NCBI GenBank assembly: GCA_013696965.1 | Contig: JACCXN010000035.1 | Coordinates: forward strand, 14,393 to 78,392 | DNA length: 64,000 bases | Source: Bacteroidota bacterium | GTDB taxonomy: Bacteria > Bacteroidota > Bacteroidia > JACCXN01 | Direction: 5' to 3' | Part shown: one piece after another, positions 1-10,418 of the stretch | How the letters are laid out: each line of letters begins with the position of its first letter | How positions within the stretch are numbered: the first letter of the stretch is position 1 | Program-made: the position numbers and the translations under genes | The notes under the pieces: model-generated | Database searches by the model: none | Told to the model about the DNA's origin: nothing | What the model saw: the letters and a program-made list of their open reading frames with translations, nothing else

Positions 1-27
1 CTGTTAATATCCAAAACCAGAATCAAT

Positions 28-1026
28 TTGAATGTAAGCCTTTTAAAACTTATTAAAAGCCTAAAGGGCGGTGAAAAGCTGAAAATCAATAGACGATTTT
101 CGGCTTTTCTTATTTGTTTGATTGTGGCTGCTGTTTTTTGGTTTCTAATGGCATTGTCTAAAAATTACAATGCTTTGATCAGCTTACCAGTGGTTTATCA
201 AAACCTTCCTGAAAATAAAATAATAACCAGCAGATTGCCCAAAACCATTTCAATCGAATTAAATGCCCTGGGATTTCACCTTCTTGGATATCAACTCAAG
301 TTTTACAGTGATACTGTTTTTGTTGATGTTGAAAATTTAAGCTTAAAGGAAACAGAAGGAAATTATGAAGCCAAACTTAGTACCAGCTCCAAACTCCACC
401 GCATTTCCCGGCAGTTTTCCCAGGAAATAAGAGTAAACAGAATACTGCCTGATACTATTTACTTTACTTTTGGCGATAAAAAATCGAAAGAAGTACCTAT
501 AAACTTAAATAAAATTATAAGTTTTGAAAAACAATACCGGCTTAGAGACCGCATAATTTTTTCACCTGCCAGCATTAAAATAACCGGGCTTGATAAACTT
601 GTTGATGGTGTTGAGTTTTTCGACACGGATTCGCTTATACTTTATCAATTGAACCAAACCCTTACAATACAGTTACCCTTAAAAATTCCTGAAGGTTATT
701 CTTCACTTGAATTTTCTGCCAAATCGGTTAATGTTACAATTCCTGTTGAAAAATACACCGAAGCATCTGTGGAAATTCCAATAGAAATGGTTAATCTTCC
801 CAATGATATGGCTATAAAAATTTTCCCTGAAAAAGTGAAGATCAGTTATGTTGTGGGTTTTGGTGATTTTGATAAGGTAAATTCCCAAATGTTCAGCGCA
901 CAGGTGGATTATTTAAAAAGAGATAATACAAACAGACTTGCAGTAGAAATAAGCAGGCATCCGGATTTTGTCCAGGTACTCAAAAAACAGCCCTTAAAGG
1001 TTGAATATCTTATTTTGAAAAAATGA
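28..1026 (+). CDS. YbbR/CdaR-like membrane-anchored protein
   Basis: N-terminal TM (FLICLIVAAVFWFLMALSKNY), YbbR-like repeats, overlaps coaE start (ATGA); this order is usual in Bacteroidota. Confidence 0.8.
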   Translation: MNVSLLKLIKSLKGGEKLKINRRFSAFLICLIVAAVFWFLMALSKNYNALISLPVVYQNLPENKIITSRLPKTISIELNALGFHLLGYQLKFYSDTVFVDVENLSLKETEGNYEAKLSTSSKLHRISRQFSQEIRVNRILPDTIYFTFGDKKSKEVPINLNKIISFEKQYRLRDRIIFSPASIKITGLDKLVDGVEFFDTDSLILYQLNQTLTIQLPLKIPEGYSSLEFSAKSVNVTIPVEKYTEASVEIPIEMVNLPNDMAIKIFPEKVKISYVVGFGDFDKVNSQMFSAQVDYLKRDNTNRLAVEISRHPDFVQVLKKQPLKVEYLILKK

Positions 1027-1610
1027 TAAAGCTTGGTATTACTGGCGGAATTGGTAGCGGAAAAACCCTGGTTTGTTCAGTTTTCCATCATTTGGGAATC
1101 CCTTTTTACAATGCCGATTTAGAAGCTAAACGTCTTGTGAATTCAAATAAAGAAATTTCGGATTTTATAAAAAAAGAATTCGGAAAGGATCTTTTTACAA
1201 CCCAGGGTTTAGACAGAAAAAAACTTGCTGAATTAATTTTCAACAATCCCTCGGCACTTTCAGCACTCAATGCAAAGGTACATCCTGAAGTGAAAAAAGA
1301 CTTTGAGCTTTGGGTGCAAAAACAAAATCAAGCCCCTTATGTAATTAAAGAAGCAGCAATATTATTTGAATCTGGCGCATACAAGCACGTGGATAAAATA
1401 ATTACTGTAGTAGCCCCAGAAAACATAAGAATAGAAAGAGCAATAAAAAGGGATAATGTAACTGAAAGCGAAGTGAGAAAGAGAATGTCTTTCCAGAGTT
1501 CTGATGAATTTAAAGTGCAGAAATCCGATTTTGTTATTTCCAATGATGGTGTTTCTTTACTACTTCCCCAAATCATTCGCATTCATGAAAATATGCTGAG
1601 TTTGCCCTAA
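1023..1610 (+). CDS. coaE: Dephospho-CoA kinase
   Basis: GITGGIGSGKT P-loop, LDRKKLA, VHPEV and EAAILFE motifs. Confidence 0.97.
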   Translation: MIKLGITGGIGSGKTLVCSVFHHLGIPFYNADLEAKRLVNSNKEISDFIKKEFGKDLFTTQGLDRKKLAELIFNNPSALSALNAKVHPEVKKDFELWVQKQNQAPYVIKEAAILFESGAYKHVDKIITVVAPENIRIERAIKRDNVTESEVRKRMSFQSSDEFKVQKSDFVISNDGVSLLLPQIIRIHENMLSLP

Positions 1611-1700
1611 GCACTGGTTAAAAATTAAACTTGTTATTCAGATTAAAATTAACTAATTTTAATTTCAATGGAATTCCAATAAAAAATTACAAACTTAGTT

Positions 1701-1708
1701 TACATTTG
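1701..1708 (+). promoter_or_regulatory. Bacteroidota primary-sigma -7 box (TACATTTG)
   Basis: Matches TAnnTTTG, about 75 nt upstream of the AsmA-like gene. Confidence 0.55.
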
Positions 1709-1782
1709 TATAAAAACAGGAGAAATCGGTATTAAAGGTTTAGCATAAATCACCGGCATTATCTCAGATTAAAATAAAAACC

Positions 1783-4515
1783 ATGAAAAAGAAAATCGTT
1801 TTAGGCCTTTTGGGTCTTTTTGTATTGTTAATTGGAATAACAGTTTCCCTGCCTTTTATTTTCAAGGATAAAATAATTGCAAAAATAAAAACTGAGGCAA
1901 ATAAAAACCTCAAAGCTAAAGTTGATTTCAGTAAAGTTGAGCTAACCCTTATAAGCAGTTTTCCCAATTTCACGCTGGATCTGTATGATTTTAGTCTTAT
2001 TGGGCTTGATGAATTTGAAAACGATACACTCGCTTCAATTAAAACCCTTGGAATTACTATTGATATAATGAGTATCATAAAAGGCGATCAAATTAAAATC
2101 GTTTCTTTTTTAATGGATCAACCCTCCATTTTAGCTAAAGTTCTGGCTGATGGAAAAGCAAACTGGGATATAGCCCTTGAGGATTCCACAACTCCAGTTG
2201 AATCAGAAGATCCTACAGAGTTTAAAGCTTCTTTAAATAGTTATGAAATAATCAATGGAAAAATTGTTTACGATGACATCCCTGGTAATATGTATGCCGA
2301 ATTAATTGGATTTAACCATAAGGGAAGCGGTGATTTTACCCAGGATAATTTTATTTTGGAAACCATCACTAACATTGATCAACTTACATACAAATCAGAT
2401 GGGGTAAAAATGTTAAACAAGGTTAAAACTACTTTTAAAGCCGATCTTGATATGGATATGAAGAACATGAAATTCACATTCAAAGAAAATGAAGTTCAGC
2501 TAAACGAGTTGTTTATGGGCTTTGACGGATGGGTTTCCATGCCAACAGATGATATTGACATGGATATTACATTTTTTGCTAAAAAGACTGAATTTAAAAA
2601 TATTCTTTCTCTTGTTCCTGCCGTTTATTCCAATGATTTTGCTTCGGTTAAAACATCAGGAACACTTTCCCTGGATGGTTTTGTGAAAGGAAAATACAAT
2701 GAAACTACTATGCCTGGATTTGGAACAAAATTGCTTGTTGAAAATGCCATGTTTCAATATCCTGATCTTCCTAAAGCAGTTACTAACATTAATATTAATC
2801 TAGTGGTTGATAATAAAACCGGGGTTCCTGATCATACTATCGTTAACTTAAAACGATTTTATATGGAAATGGCTGAAAATCCTTTTGAAATGAAAATGCT
2901 TGTAACCACTCCTGTTTCAGATGCCAATATTGATGGTGTAATTAAAGGAAAGGTACTTCTTAGCAGTATAAAAGATATTGTGCCTTTAGAGCAGGGCGAA
3001 AGCATGAATGGTACAATTGTGGCCGATATTACCATGAAAGGACGAATGTCTTCAATAGAAAAAGAGCAATATGACCAGTTTAACCTTGCCGGAACATTAA
3101 TGGCAGTTGACATGGAATATAAAAGCAACGATACACCTTATGATGTTTTTATCAATAAAGCTTATCTTAATTTCTCTCCAAAATTTGTTGAACTTTCCAC
3201 TTTTGAATCAAAAATTGGCAAGAGCGATATTAATGCAAGTGGTAAGATTACGCATTTCATTGAATACATGTTCAAAGATGAAACCCTGGATGGTGTATTT
3301 GCGATGAATTCCAGATTAATGGATCTTAATGAATTTATGGCAGAGAGTGAAACACCCACAGCTTCCCAACCAACAAAAACCCCAACAGAGCAAGTACCAA
3401 TGAGTGTTATTGAAGTGCCTGGTAATATTAATTTTTTGTTTACTGCTGCAATTTCTAAAATGCTATACGATAATATGGAAATGGAAAATGTAACTGGTTC
3501 TATTAAGATAGCAGATAAGATGGTGGATATGAATAACCTGCGCATGAATATGCTGGGTGGAGCAATGGTAGTGAATGGAAGTTATGAAACAAAAGACCTT
3601 ACTAAACCAGGTATTGCATTCTCCCTTGATATTCAAAATTTTGACATTCAAAAAACTGTTCTGACTTTTAATACTGTTGAAAAACTTGCCCCGGTTGCTA
3701 AAAACAGCCACGGTAAATTTTCAACCAGCATGACTGTAAAAGGTATACTAGACGATAAAATGGAACCTGTACTGAATACACTTAATGGCGGTGGTAAACT
3801 ATCTACAGGAAATGTGGTTGTTACCAATTTTGAGCCCATAAGTAAAATGGCTGATGCCCTGAAAATGGAGCAGTATAAGAAATTAGCCCTCAATGATGTT
3901 AATCTTTCCTTTGAATTTAAAGAGGGAAAGGTTGTAGTGGAACCCTTTGATATTAAAATAGGGAATACAAATGCAAGGGTAGGAGGGAGCACCGGTTTTG
4001 ACCAAACCATTAATTATACATGGAATCTTGATGTGCCTCGCTCTGAATTTGGTGGGGCTGCAAATACTGCTTTAGCCGGACTTGTTTCCCAGGCAAAAGC
4101 TAAAGGAGCAAATGTTGATTTAGGCGACAGGATAAAAGTTGATGTGCTTGTTGGTGGAACTGTAACTGCTCCTACAATTAAAGTTGGATTAAAAGATATG
4201 GCAGATAATCTTGCTTCAGGTTTAAAAGATAAAGCAAAAGAAGAATTGGATAAGAAAAAAGCAGAACTTGAAGCCAAAGCACGTGAAGAGGCTGATAAAC
4301 TTAAAAAGAACGCCCAAGACAAGGTAAATGCAGAAACCGACAAAGCCAAAGCAGCTGCCCAGGCAGAAGCAGACAAGGCTAAAACAGAGGCGGAAGCAAA
4401 AGTTAAAGCAGAGGCTGATAAAATTAAAGCAGAGGCTGATCGTAAAAAACAGGAAGCTGAAGACAAAGCCAAGGAGGAAGCAAAAAAGAAACTGAAAGGT
4501 TTAATTAAACCTTAA
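1783..4515 (+). CDS. AsmA-family protein with C-terminal K/A/E-rich coiled-coil tail
   Basis: N-terminal TM anchor, GKANWDI motif, long beta-rich body, VGGTVTAPTI AsmA-like C-terminal region, AEA(D/E)K repeats. Confidence 0.85.
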   Translation: MKKKIVLGLLGLFVLLIGITVSLPFIFKDKIIAKIKTEANKNLKAKVDFSKVELTLISSFPNFTLDLYDFSLIGLDEFENDTLASIKTLGITIDIMSIIKGDQIKIVSFLMDQPSILAKVLADGKANWDIALEDSTTPVESEDPTEFKASLNSYEIINGKIVYDDIPGNMYAELIGFNHKGSGDFTQDNFILETITNIDQLTYKSDGVKMLNKVKTTFKADLDMDMKNMKFTFKENEVQLNELFMGFDGWVSMPTDDIDMDITFFAKKTEFKNILSLVPAVYSNDFASVKTSGTLSLDGFVKGKYNETTMPGFGTKLLVENAMFQYPDLPKAVTNININLVVDNKTGVPDHTIVNLKRFYMEMAENPFEMKMLVTTPVSDANIDGVIKGKVLLSSIKDIVPLEQGESMNGTIVADITMKGRMSSIEKEQYDQFNLAGTLMAVDMEYKSNDTPYDVFINKAYLNFSPKFVELSTFESKIGKSDINASGKITHFIEYMFKDETLDGVFAMNSRLMDLNEFMAESETPTASQPTKTPTEQVPMSVIEVPGNINFLFTAAISKMLYDNMEMENVTGSIKIADKMVDMNNLRMNMLGGAMVVNGSYETKDLTKPGIAFSLDIQNFDIQKTVLTFNTVEKLAPVAKNSHGKFSTSMTVKGILDDKMEPVLNTLNGGGKLSTGNVVVTNFEPISKMADALKMEQYKKLALNDVNLSFEFKEGKVVVEPFDIKIGNTNARVGGSTGFDQTINYTWNLDVPRSEFGGAANTALAGLVSQAKAKGANVDLGDRIKVDVLVGGTVTAPTIKVGLKDMADNLASGLKDKAKEELDKKKAELEAKAREEADKLKKNAQDKVNAETDKAKAAAQAEADKAKTEAEAKVKAEADKIKAEADRKKQEAEDKAKEEAKKKLKGLIKP

Positions 4516-4573
4516 ATTAATTAGGGAGCAATAATTTTTAAATTCCCTGAATAATTAAATTTGTTTTTCAAAC

Positions 4574-4609
4574 AAAAGAGCCTGCAGGTTAAATTGCAGG
4601 CTCTTTTTT
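4574..4609 (+). terminator. Intrinsic terminator, possibly bidirectional
   Basis: aaaagagcctgca-ggttaaat-tgcaggctctttt stem followed by T tract. Confidence 0.85.
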
Positions 4610-4658
4610 ATAAAACTATTTTTACTTTTTATTTCAAGCTTCAACAGTCAAAGGTGCT

Positions 4659-4904
4659 GTTATAGTCAGTGCTTTATGTTTTATTCTATCAATAACTTTC
4701 CTGTTGCAATAACATTGCCAGAACCACCGTAGGTTTTTTGAAAAGTTGTCTGTGCATTGATTCTCAAGCCAACAAAGGCGAGCAAAATTGTCAAGAGTAG
4801 TTTTGTTTTCATCTTATTTTATTTTTAATTCTTGTCGTTGTCAAAATGTGACTAATTGTCTGCCGAGAAATTGTCTGCCTGTCTTTTTTAGCATTGGCTA
4901 TAAC
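4659..4904 (-). mobile_element. Solitary gene-cassette-like insert with attC-like ends
   Basis: Minus strand GTTATAGCCAATGC...ORF...GCACTGACTATAAC; inverted ends 4659-4672 and 4891-4904 match at 12/14. Confidence 0.5.
4681..4812 (-). pseudogene. 43-aa collapsed T9SS-cargo remnant (signal peptide joined to the last CTD strand)
   Basis: Manual translation MKTKLLLTILLAFVGLRINAQTTFQKTYGGSGNVIATGKLLIE*; absent from the ORF track. Confidence 0.65.
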
Positions 4905-4915
4905 TAGTTAAATTT

Positions 4916-5893
4916 TCAACTTCCCTTCCTGGGGTTGAAAATCTCGGCCATCATACAGCGGGCGCTGCCTCCTCCATACTTTTCTATATGGCTGATGTCG
5001 GCATAAAATATGGTTGCTTGGGCTTCAATTTTATTTATTTGATCAACAGTCAATGATTCATAACCTTGTTTGGACATTACCAGCAAAGGTTTTCCTGTTG
5101 TGGTTTTTAATTCCAACATATTTCCTGCAAAATTCAGCATTTGTTTAAGGCTAATTTCAACAATTGTTTTTCCTGTGGCAAGTAAAGAATTAAGTAAATT
5201 TTCCTTTTCCTTTTCATTTGAAATAGATTCAAGGCAGGCAATAGCAATTTTTTCACCCACTGCCATTAAAACATTTGTATGGTAAATGGGAACATCATTT
5301 TGATCAAAAGCCTGGAAACAAATTGAAGTATAGCCCAAATGCGCACAAAATAATTCGAGTACCTCCGGACTGGTCCGTGTTGAAAGGCAGGCATAAACTA
5401 TTTTATTTTGCCTATCAAGAATCATACTCCCCGTTCCCTCTAAGTATTTATCTTGCTTTTCAAAATAACTGAGATCGATGATTTCTGAAATTTCAAAACC
5501 ATATTCAGATTCAAGTGCGCTAATGATTTGTGTTTTTCTTTCCAGCCGCCTGTTATGGGCTTCCATTGGATAAAGAACAATTCTTCCATCTTCATGAAAA
5601 GTAATCCAGTTATTTGGAAATATTGAATCCGGTGTGTAAGGCGAAGGGGTATCATTAAAAGTGATGACTTCCATACCTGATTTTTTTAATCCCTCCACAA
5701 AATCATCGAACTCCTGCAATGCTTTTTCCTGAATTGTTTTTGCCCCTTGTGGCTCGGGAGCAACCTGGAAAGCATTTGTTAACGCAGTTTGTTCATTGTA
5801 ACCAAAGTTTAGCGGGCGTATCATTAATACAGTAGATGTTGTCTGTCTTTGAAATCCCTTATCCTTTAATTCCTGCTTACCTTTGTAATTCAT
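4916..5893 (-). CDS. ctlX: Amidinotransferase/pentein family hydrolase, CtlX-like
   Basis: VLMIRP, PDSIFPNNW, LEGTGS, YHTNV and GGSARCM motifs. Confidence 0.85.
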   Translation of the reverse strand: MNYKGKQELKDKGFQRQTTSTVLMIRPLNFGYNEQTALTNAFQVAPEPQGAKTIQEKALQEFDDFVEGLKKSGMEVITFNDTPSPYTPDSIFPNNWITFHEDGRIVLYPMEAHNRRLERKTQIISALESEYGFEISEIIDLSYFEKQDKYLEGTGSMILDRQNKIVYACLSTRTSPEVLELFCAHLGYTSICFQAFDQNDVPIYHTNVLMAVGEKIAIACLESISNEKEKENLLNSLLATGKTIVEISLKQMLNFAGNMLELKTTTGKPLLVMSKQGYESLTVDQINKIEAQATIFYADISHIEKYGGGSARCMMAEIFNPRKGS

Positions 5894-5936
5894 TTTCTAT
5901 TGTTAAAATCGTGTTTTTCATTGGAGTTCATCTGAT

Positions 5937-7256
5937 TCAGGCCCGTTCAAGGTATTTTTTTATGCAATGCAAGGAACCTGAATTTTCAATAAAAGGATGA
6001 AAATCCCCAAGCGAAATTACTTTAAAACCTAAATCTTTCCATATTTTTTTATTGTAATCATCTGTTTTTTTTAATTCTTTCCAATTACCATAACCATAGG
6101 TGGGAAGCCAAACCGTTTTAATTTCATAATTAATTATTTCAACAAGTGCATTGTTGCTGGTTGCAAAGTACCAGGTTCTTAACTTTTCTTTTTCATCATC
6201 AAAATAAATCAAGGGCAGGGGATTACGAATTACTTCAAACCCGGCTTTTATAAGGTTATTTGCAATGTTATCAAATAGCTCTGTCATGGCATAAGAAAGA
6301 ACGGGTAAATTTATTAATTCTGAAGCCAGTTTTGGATCCCCAACTAATATTCTGTACTTTCCATTTTCTGATCTTCCCGCGAGTGTTAAAAACATATCTA
6401 TATGGAAAATTGGCTGAACAGTTCCTCCTTCATTTTTCCGGTAATAATATTGTTTCCACCGCTCACCTTTATACTCAAAGTCACTTTCCTTGCTGGATGG
6501 AACCGGAAGTGTACAGCCAACATAAATTATCTTTCGGGTTCTATCTAAATACTTCTTGTATAAACGTGTTATAAGTTTCGATTTGGATTCTCCTTTTTTA
6601 GAAATAACCATACTACTTATGTATTTCAGGGATATTATAGGATGATCAGCTCCTATTAAAAAAAAATCATCTCCCACAAGAATGTTTCCTCCCTCAAAAT
6701 ACAATGGAATCTGGGTTCTTCCCCATTTAAGGTCCTTTGCAACAAAGTCAGCAATAAAACCATCCTCCCAACGTGGAAAAGAATGAGGTTCTATAAAATA
6801 ACTTTTATTGCTTACAGCGTCCTTAACAATGGCGTAGGCATCCTCAGCCCAAATAGTGAAATTTATGTAATCCGGAAATTCAATTAATCTAACTTGCTTG
6901 CCCATTTTTTTTTCTAGCATCCAGGCATTTAAAAACGCATGACAACCGTTTTGGGCAAGGATAATAATTTCTGTATGTTCCGGAAGTTTTTGAAATAACT
7001 CACTATAAACTGCCCAGTGTGGATTATCATCTCCTTCAATAATATAGTAGGGTATTGTGAAAAGTATTTTTTTGATTTTTCCCTCTGCACTGCTAACCAA
7101 GCTTGGGTGCTTGGGTTTTTTATCCAGATATTCATCTAAAAACAACAAGGAAAAAGCTCTTTTTTCCAATGATTTTTCAGAAACGTCATGCCAGGTGTGT
7201 GAAACAACGGCATCAACATCTTTGAAATGGCGTATTTTTAGTGGTAGTTCCTCCAT
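5937..7256 (-). CDS. Pentein-fold guanidino-modifying enzyme (agmatine/peptidyl-arginine deiminase-like)
   Basis: WAED, FEGGNI, FHID and C-terminal GSLHCI motifs; start moved from 7388 to the MEELPLK ATG at 7256. Confidence 0.65.
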   Translation of the reverse strand: MEELPLKIRHFKDVDAVVSHTWHDVSEKSLEKRAFSLLFLDEYLDKKPKHPSLVSSAEGKIKKILFTIPYYIIEGDDNPHWAVYSELFQKLPEHTEIIILAQNGCHAFLNAWMLEKKMGKQVRLIEFPDYINFTIWAEDAYAIVKDAVSNKSYFIEPHSFPRWEDGFIADFVAKDLKWGRTQIPLYFEGGNILVGDDFFLIGADHPIISLKYISSMVISKKGESKSKLITRLYKKYLDRTRKIIYVGCTLPVPSSKESDFEYKGERWKQYYYRKNEGGTVQPIFHIDMFLTLAGRSENGKYRILVGDPKLASELINLPVLSYAMTELFDNIANNLIKAGFEVIRNPLPLIYFDDEKEKLRTWYFATSNNALVEIINYEIKTVWLPTYGYGNWKELKKTDDYNKKIWKDLGFKVISLGDFHPFIENSGSLHCIKKYLERA

Positions 7257-7410
7257 TTTTGTGTAATCAAGTTTTATAAACCTTAATTTACGAAAATACC
7301 AGAGGATAAAAAAGTGTTTAAAAACAAACAAGCTGCATTTGTCTTGCAGCTTGTCTGGAAGGATAAAAAAATAATTTTCGGGGTTCATCTAGCCCCCTTT
7401 AAACATAAAA

Positions 7411-9840
7411 TTAGTAAATGGCGGGAAACTTTAAAGGGTTAACTTCACTCATCAAAGCATAAACAATATCAAAAACATCGTCAATACCAGGTTTTGAAAA
7501 ATAATCACCATCTGTACCATAAGCAGGCCTGTGATTTTTTGCTGTTAAGGTTCTTGGTGCTGAATCCAAAAATTTATAAGCCTCTTGTTTCTCTAAAATT
7601 TGTTGAAGAATAAAACCAGAGGCCCCACCTTCTACATCCTCATCCAATATTACAAGCCTGTTTGTTTTTTTAACCGATTCCACCAGGGATTGAGATATAT
7701 CAAAAGGCAACAAGGTTTGTACATCAATTACCTCTACTGATATTCCTGATTCTAAAAGGTTTTTAGCCGCATCCAGTGCAATTCTGCAACATGAACCATA
7801 AGTAACCAGGGTAACATCCGATCCTTCATTTAATACCTCGGGAACTCCAAGGGGAATTTTAAACTCACCAAAATTAGCAGGCTTATTTTCTTTTAACCTG
7901 TATCCATTAAGTGGTTCAATAACAATTGCAGGATCATCTCCTTGTAAAAGTGTGTTGTAAAATCCTGCTGCCTGAGTCATGTTTCTTGGTACACAAACAT
8001 AAATTCCTCTTAGTGCGCCAACAATCATTCCCATAGGAGAGCCGGAATGCCAAATGCCTTCCAGGCGATGTCCTCTGGTACGAATAATTAAAGGAGCTTT
8101 TTGTCCTCCCTTTGTTCTGTATTGAAGTGTGGCTAAATCATCACTTAATATTTGCAATGCATACAAAAGGTAGTCAAGGTATTGAATTTCTGCTATTGGG
8201 CGCAAACCACGCATGGCCATTCCTATACCCTGCCCAATAATAGTCGCTTCTCGTATTCCTGTATCAGAAACCCTTATTTCACCATACTTTGCCTGTAGTC
8301 CCTCTAATCCTTGATTAACACCTCCAATTTTACCTGCATCTTCACCAAAAATAAGCACTTCAGGATATTTTGTCAATATAGAGTCAAAGTTATCACGAAG
8401 AATTTCTCTTCCATCTACTTGTTCCGATTCATTGTATTCAACTTTCAGCGCTTTTACTTTTAAGGCAGAAGTTCCCGATTCGCTATACAAACAGGAGTTG
8501 TAGCGTTCATAGCAGTCCTGGTTTGCCTTTTTAAGCCAATGATTTAAATTAGCTCTATTGGAATTTGCGGATTCCTCCCGTGTTAATCGGAGCACCTTTC
8601 TTACTGCTGAAAATATATCTTTTCTGGAAGGATCAATACTTGATGCCAGCTCTTTTTTAATTTGTGAAATTGTATCCCCTTTTGAACTGGAGGTAATAAT
8701 TTGTTCAAGTAAGCCATTTACCTCCGTAACTTCATTTTTTATTGGTTCCAGGTAAGCCTGCCATGCTGCATTTTTAGCCTCTCTTACAACTTTTCTTGCT
8801 TCTGATTCTAGGGAGTCCAGAATTTGGGGTGTTGCAATGGACTGTTCAATCATCCATTCGCGCATTTTTTTAATGCAATCGTATTCAGCCTCCCATTGGA
8901 GTCTTTCTTTTGATTTGTATCTTTCGTGTGAACCGGAAGTAGAATGGCCCTGTGGTTGTGTTACTTCCTCCACATGGATTAATACAGGAACATGTTCATT
9001 CCTGCAAACATCTATGGCTTCCTCATAAGTATTAATTAAATCAGCATAATTCCATGCCTTTACTTTGAAAATTTCATATCCGTTGGTTCCTTGTTCACGC
9101 TGAAACCCCGATAGTATACCTGAAATGCTTTCTTTTGTAGTTTGGTATTTTTTAGGCACAGAAATTCCATGGCCATCATCCCAGACAGAGATAGCCATAG
9201 GCACTTGCAAAACACCAGCTGCATTAAATGTTTCCCAAAACAAGCCCTCCGAAGTGCTGGCATCACCAATGGTACCGAAAGCAACTTCATTTCCTCCTGT
9301 AGTAAATTTGCTGAAATCCTTAAGATCCTTGTTATTCCTGTATACCTTTGATGCCTGAGCCAGCCCTAATAACCGTGGCATTTGGCCAGCGGTAGGAGAA
9401 ATATCGGCAGATGAATTTTTCATTTTTGAAATTTCTTTCCAACTACCATCTGCATTAAGACTTCTGGTGGCATAATGTCCATTCATTTGTCTTCCGCCTG
9501 AGGCCGGTTCTGCTTCAATATCCGTATGTGCATAAAGTTGAGCAAAAAACTGTTGAAGAGTTAATTCTCCAATGGCCATCATAAAGGTTTGATCGCGGTA
9601 ATAACCAGAGCGAAAATCACCATTTTTGAATTGTTTTGCCATAGCAATTTGAGGAATTTCCTTGCCATCTCCGAATATTCCAAATTTTGCCTTTCCTGTA
9701 AGCACTTCCTTTCTTCCCATTAAACTAGCTTCACGACTTTCTATGGCTATCCTATAATCATTCAATATTATTTGTTGTAATTCCTCTCTTGAGAATTCTT
9801 TTACATCTGCTACGCTTTCTGTTGCTTTAGTTGTGGCCAT
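7411..9840 (-). CDS. Fused alpha/beta 2-oxoacid dehydrogenase E1 (2-oxoisovalerate-type)
   Basis: TPP motif GDASTSEG, GHSTSG loop, FGED, DTGIRE, EIQYLDY and transketolase C-terminal domain. Confidence 0.92.
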   Translation of the reverse strand: MATTKATESVADVKEFSREELQQIILNDYRIAIESREASLMGRKEVLTGKAKFGIFGDGKEIPQIAMAKQFKNGDFRSGYYRDQTFMMAIGELTLQQFFAQLYAHTDIEAEPASGGRQMNGHYATRSLNADGSWKEISKMKNSSADISPTAGQMPRLLGLAQASKVYRNNKDLKDFSKFTTGGNEVAFGTIGDASTSEGLFWETFNAAGVLQVPMAISVWDDGHGISVPKKYQTTKESISGILSGFQREQGTNGYEIFKVKAWNYADLINTYEEAIDVCRNEHVPVLIHVEEVTQPQGHSTSGSHERYKSKERLQWEAEYDCIKKMREWMIEQSIATPQILDSLESEARKVVREAKNAAWQAYLEPIKNEVTEVNGLLEQIITSSSKGDTISQIKKELASSIDPSRKDIFSAVRKVLRLTREESANSNRANLNHWLKKANQDCYERYNSCLYSESGTSALKVKALKVEYNESEQVDGREILRDNFDSILTKYPEVLIFGEDAGKIGGVNQGLEGLQAKYGEIRVSDTGIREATIIGQGIGMAMRGLRPIAEIQYLDYLLYALQILSDDLATLQYRTKGGQKAPLIIRTRGHRLEGIWHSGSPMGMIVGALRGIYVCVPRNMTQAAGFYNTLLQGDDPAIVIEPLNGYRLKENKPANFGEFKIPLGVPEVLNEGSDVTLVTYGSCCRIALDAAKNLLESGISVEVIDVQTLLPFDISQSLVESVKKTNRLVILDEDVEGGASGFILQQILEKQEAYKFLDSAPRTLTAKNHRPAYGTDGDYFSKPGIDDVFDIVYALMSEVNPLKFPAIY

Positions 9841-10073
9841 ATAAAATAAAAGTATCTGTTATTTGCTTAATTTGCGAAGATACTAATTTATCAACTTTTT
9901 TTAAAAAAAAATTTCCCCCTCAATATAGGTTCATGCCTTAGGCCTGCATAAGTGATTATTTACAGATTGTTCAAAAGAACAATAATGGATATTTAATTTT
10001 TTTTTTGTTTTTTTTATTAGATGGTTTTTTGAAGAGCATTATTTTAATGTTTTTCTGTAAGTGTAATTAAAAT

Positions 10074-10418
10074 TTAGGGGTTATATACTCGGCTAAATGT
10101 TATAGGGCGTTTTCTATTTTTTTTTCGTTTAATCGTCCGTTTTTTCAAGAGCCTGTATGAATGATAAACAGTTAAATTTTCAATTCTCTCTTTAGTTAAA
10201 ACTCTATATAATATTCTGTATAATCCTACAATTATTTCTCTTATATTTTTATCGTTTAATTCTGGAACAATTCGACCTGCTTTAGGAAATTCTTCCAAAG
10301 TTCTTGCTGCTTCGAAAAAATCAGGGATCTGGATTTGAGCGTAATTTTCCGAATCCTTAGCTATGAGCAATGTTTTCGATGTCTTCGATAGATTGAATTG
10401 TCCAATTACTTCAACCAT
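10074..10418 (-). pseudogene. RelE/ParE-family toxin with scrambled N-terminus
   Basis: FPKAGRIVPE, IREIIVGLYRILYR and TVYHS motifs; expected WTIQSIEDIENIA segment lies in another frame. Confidence 0.75.

Noticed and set aside
4014-4472. 152-aa Ala/Ser-rich antisense ORF
   Set aside because: Shadow of the K/A/E-rich tail of the AsmA-like gene.
7257-7388. N-terminal extension of the pentein ORF (also 14529-14612, 39506-39544, 46365-46418)
   Set aside because: These extensions read through intergenic or promoter DNA; downstream ATGs fit better.
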